The notes beneath the pieces were generated by a model. That model worked only from the letters and a program-made list of their open reading frames with translations, had not been told where the DNA came from and made no database searches. A stretch of 27,948 nucleotides of DNA from a virus (Duplodnaviria > Caudoviricetes), in IMG/VR virus record IMGVR_UViG_3300010366_000052, positions 1-27,948 of that record. The stretch is one strand, 5' to 3'. Shown here one piece after another: positions 16,846-23,711 of the stretch (the stretch's first letter is position 1; each line of letters opens with the position of its first letter). Position numbers and translations under genes: made by a program.

Positions 16846-17355
16846 TCATTCCTCGCGAGCTCGAAAATATCGAAACTCGTAAATGTGAGTTTGCGAAACG
16901 AGATCATCGTCGATACCGCCGCCCCGCTGATTAGTCCAACCCACCCGCCGAACGAACCAAACGTTGTAATGGTTCGTCGAATCCTTGTAATAAAGCTCAT
17001 ATTCTTTATCGTCAGTCGCGATCGTCACATGATCTTGAATGACCCCGTTCGGAATCGCGGCCGCCGCGAGCTCGACCAATTTCGCCGCGATCTGATCATT
17101 CGTGACCGTCGTATTACACCCTGGAACATAAATCACGACCGTACACCGGCCGACGGCCATGTCGCCGATCAGCTTTCCGAGAATTGCGACTTCGGGAATC
17201 AGATCGACGACCTCGAGCCCGTTATGATTGACCGACGAATCGAAATCCAAATGCGGGGAAGCCTCGAGCGCCGACGACATCGCCGTGAGCTGTCCCTGGA
17301 ATATGTCCCAACTCGTCGCCGAGCTGCTCGAGGCCCTCGTCGTTTTCTGATTCAT
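16846..17355 (-). CDS. Tail terminator / tail completion protein (169 aa), apparently circularly permuted
   Basis: ATGA overlap with the gp10-like gene; canonical position. Motifs 'NVWFVRR...THIYEFRYF' and 'SWDIFQGQLTAMSSALEASPHL' occur in the reverse of the order I expect for this family. Confidence 0.7.
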   Translation of the reverse strand: MNQKTTRASSSSATSWDIFQGQLTAMSSALEASPHLDFDSSVNHNGLEVVDLIPEVAILGKLIGDMAVGRCTVVIYVPGCNTTVTNDQIAAKLVELAAAAIPNGVIQDHVTIATDDKEYELYYKDSTNHYNVWFVRRVGWTNQRGGGIDDDLVSQTHIYEFRYFRAREE

Positions 17356-17816
17356 AACCGCTCGATTATCTTGTCCGGTAATTCTTCCATGAGTGTTCGC
17401 TCGACTTCGGCTTGAGTCTCGTCGGCCGAGCGCAAGAAAACCCGACGCGGCGCGATTCCCTTGATCGCGATCGCTCTCGCCGCCAGGAAAACCGGAACCC
17501 CTTTCCGGCCGGCCCAACTCGAGAGCGCCGCGATACTCGGAAAGGATCCGCCAGGCCGGCGCCCGCTCTCGATAACCGCGACTTTCGCTTCGCTGTCGTT
17601 CGAGAATATGTCGCCCCGCATCATGCCGGCGTCGGGCCCGACTTGAATGTCAATGCTCGAGGCAAAAGCGCCGCTATCTTTCGGCGCGTTCCTTTGAACG
17701 GCCGCCTTTTGCCTCAAACACGCGTCTATTAATGCGGCCCTCGATTCCTCGTCGAAAATCGTCGGATATTGATCGAGCTTGTCTGTTCTTTCGAACTCGA
17801 CAGTAACTTTCGCCAT
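17352..17816 (-). CDS. HK97 gp10-like neck/tail-completion protein (154 aa)
   Basis: 'NAPKDSGAFASSI', 'VIESGRRPG', 'AIAIKGIAPRRVF' motifs. Confidence 0.85.
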   Translation of the reverse strand: MAKVTVEFERTDKLDQYPTIFDEESRAALIDACLRQKAAVQRNAPKDSGAFASSIDIQVGPDAGMMRGDIFSNDSEAKVAVIESGRRPGGSFPSIAALSSWAGRKGVPVFLAARAIAIKGIAPRRVFLRSADETQAEVERTLMEELPDKIIERL

Positions 17817-17819
17817 CGC

Positions 17820-18494
17820 TTAACCTCTGACCGTTCTAACGTCCTGGCCGGCCCGAATTCGAGCGGCCCGCAGATAACCAAATCCGAGCTTCCGGAGCTC
17901 GGCCGCGCGCGACGAATAGATTCCGCTCTTATTCACAAACAAAGCGATATCGGCCGTCGCGACCGTATGCTCTGACGCTTGCGCGAATTCGTTCGCCAGG
18001 TATTGCAGAGCTTGAGCGGCCGAGAGATAGACGACCGCCGGCGAGTCGGAATCCGGAAAAGTTAGATCCGGCCCGTCAGGTAAAACATGCGGATAACCGT
18101 AATGGACCCTGACGAGCGTTCCGATCGGCGGAATGAGTGTCGTAAACCGGATCGATAGAACGTCGTTATCGTCGTGATAAAGGATCCATTCATCGCGATC
18201 GAGCCATTGCGGTTCGCCCCATTGAATGATCGGATATTCGATCCGCATTGTTTGAGCCGCGAAACTCTCGTCGAAATTTGGTAAGTCGGCTGTATCGACT
18301 CGATAATTCGAATTCGTCGGAACCGCGATACTTCGCATTCGCGGCCGCACTTGTGAATAGAGAGCCAGGCCCCCGTTAACCGCGTCGGTGTAAGCGTCCG
18401 GTTGATCCGAAAAGTCGCCAGGACTTGCTTGCAATTTCCCGGCTTGATCTCGAACCATTTGCATTACCTGGCGGATTAATTCGTCTTGTTTCAT
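17820..18494 (-). CDS. Head-tail adaptor / head completion protein (224 aa)
   Basis: 'YSQVRPR', 'IEYP', 'VRVHY..PH', helical termini; position after the capsid genes. Confidence 0.7.
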   Translation of the reverse strand: MKQDELIRQVMQMVRDQAGKLQASPGDFSDQPDAYTDAVNGGLALYSQVRPRMRSIAVPTNSNYRVDTADLPNFDESFAAQTMRIEYPIIQWGEPQWLDRDEWILYHDDNDVLSIRFTTLIPPIGTLVRVHYGYPHVLPDGPDLTFPDSDSPAVVYLSAAQALQYLANEFAQASEHTVATADIALFVNKSGIYSSRAAELRKLGFGYLRAARIRAGQDVRTVRG

Positions 18495-18597
18495 TTCTTT
18501 CTTTCAATCGCATCGCGATAAAACCGGCCGCCGTGAGCCCTATCATTAGAACCGCGAAATACAACAAATCGGCCGGCTGCCATACACTATCGAACAT
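18376..18597 (-). CDS. Possible small single-TM protein
   Basis: MFDSVWQPADLLYFAVLMIGLTAAGFIAMRLKER...; clear TM helix, but the tail overlaps the adaptor gene by 119 nt. Confidence 0.4.
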   Translation of the reverse strand: MFDSVWQPADLLYFAVLMIGLTAAGFIAMRLKERNETRRINPPGNANGSRSSREIASKSWRLFGSTGRLHRRG

Positions 18598-18760
18598 CGC
18601 CCTGGCCCTTGCCGGCGCGACCCTGGCGAGCTTTTGGGGGAGCTCGCCAGGACCTTGCATCTCGAGGCCCTCACAAACCTCGAGGCCGGCGCCGGCGCGA
18701 TCCTGGATCGGTTCTTGGTGGGAGCTCCCAGGATCGAGCGAGACAGACCTCGAGCAAAGC

Positions 18761-19003
18761 TCAAAGCTCGCCCATGAATCGCTTTTTTTCTTGCGGAGTC
18801 GGATCTCGCCAATGTGACGTAAATTGATAGCCCCCGCCATTTTCCGGCGACGCAAAAACCCAAATCGGAATGATGAGCTTCCCGTCGTTCGCCTCGTCGC
18901 GATCGGGATTCATCAAATATTCGTCAGTTGGCAAACATGCCACCTTTGCCGGATAACCCTTCGTGTCGGCCGCTCCCAAATAAACAACATCCGGATAGTT
19001 CAT
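18761..19003 (-). CDS. Hypothetical protein (80 aa)
   Basis: GGAAGGGG RBS; protein-like sequence. Confidence 0.65.
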   Translation of the reverse strand: MNYPDVVYLGAADTKGYPAKVACLPTDEYLMNPDRDEANDGKLIIPIWVFASPENGGGYQFTSHWRDPTPQEKKRFMGEL

Positions 19004-19033
19004 AAGTCGCCCCTTCCGTCTAAAAATTTTGAT

Positions 19034-19100
19034 CAGGACCTCGAGGCCGGCCGCCGGATCCGGAGCTCGCCAGGAGCTCGCCAGGCGCCGGCGCGGGCCC
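19034..19100. repeat. 67-bp dispersed repeat, copy B
   Basis: CAGGACCTCGAGGCCGGCCGCCGGATCCGGAGCTCGCCAGGAGCTCGCCAGGCGCCGGCGCGGGCCC; begins 1 nt after the stop of 19102..19368. Confidence 0.9.
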
Positions 19101-19101
19101 T

Positions 19102-19368
19102 CTAACGTCTCGTCGGCGTTCCTTTGTGTTTCTCGGCTTCCTTGTTGTGCTCGCCTTTATGTTCCTCGAGCGATTCGCCGACGGCGCGATACCCGTCTTT
19201 TTCGTGAGCGTCGACTTGATCGTGGTGAACGTCCGCCTCTTTGTACATTCTCGCGAGCTTTAATTCGAATCCCTGGTTTTTGTAAGCCTCAACCTCATCC
19301 GGCCCGACTTCGATCTCTTTATACATTCGAATATGCTCTTTGCCTTTTTCGCCCTTTTCGTTTTCCAT
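19102..19368 (-). CDS. Small capsid-associated protein with internal duplication (88 aa)
   Basis: RMYKEIEVGPDEVEAYKNQGF / RMYKEADVHHDQVDAHEKDGY; immediately downstream of the capsid gene. Confidence 0.75.
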   Translation of the reverse strand: MENEKGEKGKEHIRMYKEIEVGPDEVEAYKNQGFELKLARMYKEADVHHDQVDAHEKDGYRAVGESLEEHKGEHNKEAEKHKGTPTRR

Positions 19369-19398
19369 TTGCCCTCATCCTTTCATCCGAGTTTTTTC

Positions 19399-19435
19399 GC
19401 CGGCCGAGTTAGTCGCCCTTTTGAACTCGGCCGGC
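19399..19435. other. 12-bp-stem hairpin downstream of the capsid gene
   Basis: GCCGGCCGAGTT-13 nt-AACTCGGCCGGC; no U-tract in the sense direction. Confidence 0.7.
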
Positions 19436-19509
19436 ATAGCAGGAGAACCACAAGCTTTCTTTTTTGACGAGCTTCCTTCCCCCTTTCCCGAATTTTTAAG
19501 CGCCCACAA

Positions 19510-20652
19510 TCAACCCAATAAAACCCCGACGAAATCCGGTTTGACGACCTTAACGCCCCATGCGATTCCGATCTCATAACGGATCCGCCGATATTGTCTG
19601 TAGAGCGCGACCTGAAAAACTAATCCGCTTACAGGATCCGTGATCTCAGTCACGTCGTCGGCGTCGTCGCCGCCATCCGGCATAGCTGGAAGCCTGGTTA
19701 ACAAGTGAACCGCTTCGCGAACGAAAAACAGATTCGGCGTGAAATTGCCGCCGACCGTGATCGCCGTTCCATTCGCGAGCGGCTTTCTCAGACCTGGCAA
19801 TGCGAGCGTTAGTGTCGTGCCCGAAAGTGTCGCGAGATATCTATTTGGATCGCCGGTAAATTGAACAGTGTCGCCGGCAATAATCGTACCCGAGCCCGTC
19901 GAGACTGTGATCGCCGTCGCCCCGACCTGATAACCGGAAGCGAAATTCACTATGTAGCCGGCGCCGGTTCCTTTCGCGACCCCGATCGGAATCTGAGCCG
20001 ACGTATGGATATCGAAGCCCTCGACCTGGCCGATAATTCCGCGCCTCAACAAATCGGCCGTACCCGCTTCATTGATCTTGTATAAAACTGATTGTTTGCC
20101 CCTGATATTCGAGATCGCCGCCGAGCCTAAAACGAGTTGACGATCGGTTAACGGCGCCCCGTTGTCGTCGAGAACTTGTAGGGAATTTGCGAAGTCGGTA
20201 AAGTCGCCGGCCGTTCCAAACGGCGCCGCGCCGGCCGTTCCGACCGCGCGTGACGCATTGATATAGAGCGCCGCGAGATCGACTTCGATCAGATTGACGA
20301 GAGCCCTGATTCCTTGCGCGAATTGCTGGACAATGACATTTTGCATGATCCCGGTTTGCGAGACTGCTTTTTGTTCTTCACCTGTCCATTTGATCGGCGC
20401 ATATTTCGACTTTGAAATCGTGAGCGTTCCATTCCCCACGGCCATGTCGCCATCATCCGGCGGAATCGGCGCCGGAACGATGTCACCCGTGACGATCGCT
20501 GGAACGATCGGATAATTGACTGTTTGACCGACCGCGACGCGATCCGCCCCGCTATTGCGGAACGCTGCCATCGTGAATCCGACCATTTCGCGCGCGACGA
20601 TATCGAGCGCCATGTAAATGATCGGAATGAGATTATTCAGATTATTCGCCAC
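19510..20652 (-). CDS. Major capsid protein, P22 coat protein family (380 aa)
   Basis: 'ALDIVAREMVGF', 'LDDNGAP', inserted beta-domain, C-terminal 'YRQYRRIRYEIGIAWGVKVVKP'; GTG start with GGGAGG RBS. Confidence 0.92.
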   Translation of the reverse strand: MANNLNNLIPIIYMALDIVAREMVGFTMAAFRNSGADRVAVGQTVNYPIVPAIVTGDIVPAPIPPDDGDMAVGNGTLTISKSKYAPIKWTGEEQKAVSQTGIMQNVIVQQFAQGIRALVNLIEVDLAALYINASRAVGTAGAAPFGTAGDFTDFANSLQVLDDNGAPLTDRQLVLGSAAISNIRGKQSVLYKINEAGTADLLRRGIIGQVEGFDIHTSAQIPIGVAKGTGAGYIVNFASGYQVGATAITVSTGSGTIIAGDTVQFTGDPNRYLATLSGTTLTLALPGLRKPLANGTAITVGGNFTPNLFFVREAVHLLTRLPAMPDGGDDADDVTEITDPVSGLVFQVALYRQYRRIRYEIGIAWGVKVVKPDFVGVLLG

Positions 20653-20662
20653 TGGTTTTGAC

Positions 20663-20687
20663 CTCCCTCGAAAAAGTTTTCGGGGAG
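20663..20687 (-). promoter_or_regulatory. Hairpin sequestering the capsid-gene RBS
   Basis: Minus strand CTCCC-CGAAAA-CT-TTTTCG-A-GGGAG pairs the GGGAG Shine-Dalgarno. Confidence 0.5.
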
Positions 20688-20737
20688 CTCGGAGAGACTT
20701 TCCGGCGACGAATTCACCGCGCGCGCGATCGGAAAGT

Positions 20738-21511
20738 CTAATCCGTTATAGTGCCCCCCGATTTAACGTGATCCATTTTCGCGGCCGGATCGAGAGCATC
20801 GAAATCGCCGCGCTTCATCGACGATTTGCCGGCCCCCGCGCCTTGCCCCGACTTGCCGCCAGGCGCCCCGCTTCCGCCCGCGCCTGTTGCATCCCAGGCC
20901 GAGCCGTAATCTTCCGAACCCTTTAACTCGCTTATCAGAGCGCCGAGCCCTTTACTCGAATCAGGCAAAGCATTGCCGGCCGCGTCGAATACCTGAATCG
21001 CATATTGACCTGAGTCGGCCGGTTGCTCGACGACTCGGACCCTCGATCGAACTGGACCGCCGCCGCCTTCCGGTAAAATCAATTTCAAACGCTTGCCGCC
21101 CGCAGAAATGAAAGCCTGAGTCACCGCGGAGTCGACCATTTGCGCCTGTAATTGCGACGAGACTTTCGAGAGCTTTTGAGTTAGACCGCTGATCGCCGTC
21201 GCATGCGATTCCTCGAGATTCTTTTTCAAAGCCTCGAACTGTCCCGACGCCTCGAGCTGCCGGCGTTCCTGTTCCTCGATCGCCTTTAATGCTTTCCTTG
21301 CCTTTTCCGGATCGATGCCCGCGAACTTCTGTTCGAGAGTCGTTTTCTCGGCCAGGATCGCATCGCGATTGCTTTTGAGCCCTGTCGTATCTTCCGGATC
21401 CGGAATCTCGATCTCATCCTTGAGCCGAAACCCGTCGCCGTCTTGTTGATAAAATGCCCGATGTCCTTCTGGTACATCGGCGAGCTTTCCAATTCTCAAT
21501 TTGAATTTCAT
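20738..21511 (-). CDS. Capsid scaffolding protein (257 aa)
   Basis: Coiled-coil, 'GLKSNRDAILAEK', 'GIDPEK', Gly-rich linker and 'FDALDP' C-terminus; precedes the MCP. Confidence 0.85.
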   Translation of the reverse strand: MKFKLRIGKLADVPEGHRAFYQQDGDGFRLKDEIEIPDPEDTTGLKSNRDAILAEKTTLEQKFAGIDPEKARKALKAIEEQERRQLEASGQFEALKKNLEESHATAISGLTQKLSKVSSQLQAQMVDSAVTQAFISAGGKRLKLILPEGGGGPVRSRVRVVEQPADSGQYAIQVFDAAGNALPDSSKGLGALISELKGSEDYGSAWDATGAGGSGAPGGKSGQGAGAGKSSMKRGDFDALDPAAKMDHVKSGGTITD

Positions 21512-21515
21512 CGAG

Positions 21516-21554
21516 TAGACTCCTGTCTATTGATGCGCGCGACTCCTGTCGCGC
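21516..21554 (-). promoter_or_regulatory. Two tandem GAC-AGGA-GTC hairpins at the scaffold RBS
   Basis: GCGCGAC-AGGA-GTCGCGC (21537-21554) and TAGAC-AGGA-GTCTA (21516-21529); the second contains the Shine-Dalgarno. Confidence 0.65.
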
Positions 21555-21566
21555 CTGGTTAACAAG

Positions 21567-21848
21567 TTAGTCGCCGCCGGCCGTCGTGACTCCTGCCCCG
21601 ACTTCTGACGACTCCATTTCTTTCATCTTTTCGCGTATCTTGTCGCGAAATAGAGTTTGCAATGCGAGAGAACGCGCATCGGCGAGATCGCATAGGAATT
21701 TCCGGACTTTCAGAGATTGACAATCATCCTTGCAAGTCTCAAAAACGATATAGCCATCCTCGACCTCGATCTCGACGAATATTCCGCCATCATCCTCGAC
21801 GATCGTCGCCGTCGCGTTTGAACTTTGAAGTAAATCGACAACCTTCAT
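21567..21848 (-). CDS. Hypothetical protein (93 aa)
   Basis: AAGGGGGAG RBS right after the portal stop. Confidence 0.65.
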   Translation of the reverse strand: MKVVDLLQSSNATATIVEDDGGIFVEIEVEDGYIVFETCKDDCQSLKVRKFLCDLADARSLALQTLFRDKIREKMKEMESSEVGAGVTTAGGD

Positions 21849-21859
21849 TCGCTCCCCCT

Positions 21860-23431
21860 TTACTCGGATCCGGCGCCGGCCGCGCCGCCGATGTCGGCCG
21901 AGCCCCCGCCGGTTCCGCCTGGTGCGTCGCCGGCGCCGAGCATGCCCGCGAAGCCTGGCGCCGTTCCACTTGTGCGAATCGTCGAGAGCAATTTTCTTTC
22001 GGCGACGATTCGAATCAATTCCTCTGACGCCATGAAATCCGACATCAGCAAATTACCGCGCTCGAGAATTGTCCACATGGTTTCGAGCGAGAGCGCCGGC
22101 GGATTCCCGCCGACGAGCGCCGCGAGCGCCGTCACCATGTGACCGTCGACCTTTGCTCGAGTGAAATCGCGGTTAACTTGTACGTCGCCGCCGCTGTCGA
22201 GGCCCTGATATTCGGCCGAGAATTCGAGCGCCCCCTCGAGGCCATCTTCGAGAGCTCGAGCCATGCCGGCGAGCTCGCTCGTTTCGGCTTCCCATTCGAG
22301 AATTTCTTCTGTCGCCGTCGAGCCTGGCCCGCCTTGCTTTGCTTGCAGGACCGTCAGGCCGAGAACCGCCATATTCTCTTTCGATGATTTGATCTCGTCC
22401 TGAGCCTTACCGATCGCCGCGCCGTTATGCTCGACGAATTTCAAGTCGCCGCCATGCCCGATCCTATAGACTGAATTCGGCGAGATTACTCGTTCCGGCC
22501 GCGTTCCTGGCGATTCCGTGAGCTTGCCGCCCTCGACCTGGCCGTCGATCATGTCGTTATCGCCCATGATCTCGGCCAGGATCGGAACGTTTGCGATCGT
22601 CAGAATGTGATCGAGCGCGCTTTGCAGTCGATAGAACCTCAAGTTTTCAAACGCGAGATCGTATAACGGCGGAAGTGAAACGAGCGGCGCCTTCGATGCA
22701 GTCGAGATAACGACGAGCGGAATATTTTGAACTGAGAACGTCCCGCCGTCGATTTGAACGATCGAAGTCGCTTGTTGTTCGTAGAGCTCCCAGCCGCCAG
22801 GATAAAGGATTCGATATCGGCGCCTCATTTCCTGGCCGTACTTCCCTTTTGGAACCATGACATATTCGGCGAGCGTCACTTGTGAGAGCATAGTCGCGCC
22901 GCCGACTACTTCCGTTCGCCAGTTAATGATTTGCGCTTTCTTGTAGAACGCCCAATACGGCCGGCGACTGTTGCGCTCGTCGACGAGCGTCGCGTTCGGC
23001 ATGCTGTTCGTTATCGGTTCCGGCATGTCGACCAAAATCGCCGCGTGTCCATCATTGATCGCCGATTGAAAAACCTCTTTCGCGAAAACATCAAAATGTG
23101 TGCCCATGAGATCGACGTTTTCGCATTGCTGCCTTAACTGTATCGGTACATTTGGCGAGAGAACCGGATTCCGGCGGAAAACCATTCCGACGAGGCCCAT
23201 GATCGTTCGTCGATATGCGTTCCAAAATGTCGAGTTTGCCAGGCGCGCCGCGTAAGCCTGGCGACTTTCTTTCTCGAATTTCGGTAAATACTTTTGACGG
23301 CCGCCCTGTATCGCCTCTTGACCTGTGAAACAATCGTCGACCAAATTGAGCGCCGGCAATTGAGCCCTATACGCCGGCGACTGATAAGCCGGCGAATTAA
23401 TATCGCCGATCATTTGCGTTAGACCGTTCAT
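21860..23431 (-). CDS. Portal protein (DUF4055-type, 523 aa)
   Basis: 'YLPKFEKES..AY.ARL', 'ILVDMP', 'RPYW', 'IINWR', 'PPLYDLA..N' motifs; follows the terminase. Confidence 0.9.
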   Translation of the reverse strand: MNGLTQMIGDINSPAYQSPAYRAQLPALNLVDDCFTGQEAIQGGRQKYLPKFEKESRQAYAARLANSTFWNAYRRTIMGLVGMVFRRNPVLSPNVPIQLRQQCENVDLMGTHFDVFAKEVFQSAINDGHAAILVDMPEPITNSMPNATLVDERNSRRPYWAFYKKAQIINWRTEVVGGATMLSQVTLAEYVMVPKGKYGQEMRRRYRILYPGGWELYEQQATSIVQIDGGTFSVQNIPLVVISTASKAPLVSLPPLYDLAFENLRFYRLQSALDHILTIANVPILAEIMGDNDMIDGQVEGGKLTESPGTRPERVISPNSVYRIGHGGDLKFVEHNGAAIGKAQDEIKSSKENMAVLGLTVLQAKQGGPGSTATEEILEWEAETSELAGMARALEDGLEGALEFSAEYQGLDSGGDVQVNRDFTRAKVDGHMVTALAALVGGNPPALSLETMWTILERGNLLMSDFMASEELIRIVAERKLLSTIRTSGTAPGFAGMLGAGDAPGGTGGGSADIGGAAGAGSE

Positions 23432-23440
23432 GAGCTCCCC

Positions 23441-23711
23441 TCAACAATCAAACGCCGGATTATCGCCGGCTTTGATAACGGCCGCCAAAATCGGATAGCG
23501 AATCGCGATAGTCTCGATCATCGCGTCGACAGTTTTTCGACAGAGCTTGGCAGTCGGCCCGCCGTTTCCCTGGATGCCTTAACGCGAGCTGCAGGTTCCC
23601 AATGAATGCGACCGTTTCAGTCGCGTTCATATCGAGCCGAAATGTAAAGCCTTCGGCTTCCGCCCTCTTTAATTCGGCGACATATTCATCCATGCTTGGC
23701 AATGCCATCAT
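23441..23711 (-). pseudogene. Small hypothetical gene interrupted by a +1 frameshift at 23564-23570
   Basis: Frame 1 reads ...GNLQLALRHPG; after GGGAAAC the +1 frame reads NGGPTAKLCRKTVDAMIETIAIRYPILAAVIKAGDNPAFDC* and stops exactly at the portal RBS. Confidence 0.6.

Noticed and set aside
16846-17517. Longer starts in the ORF track (17517, 15369, 11626, 5711, 1205, 766, 27844)
   Set aside because: Most upstream extensions overlap neighbouring genes or hairpins; downstream ATGs have clear RBSs or ATGA coupling.
500-18597. Small membrane ORFs as holins
   Set aside because: There is no endolysin or spanin gene next to any of them in this window, so a lysis role is unsupported.
19374-19509. 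Stop-codon readthrough or frameshift extension of the major capsid protein
   Set aside because: The downstream in-frame sequence is short and unprotein-like, and the region is better explained by the hairpin.
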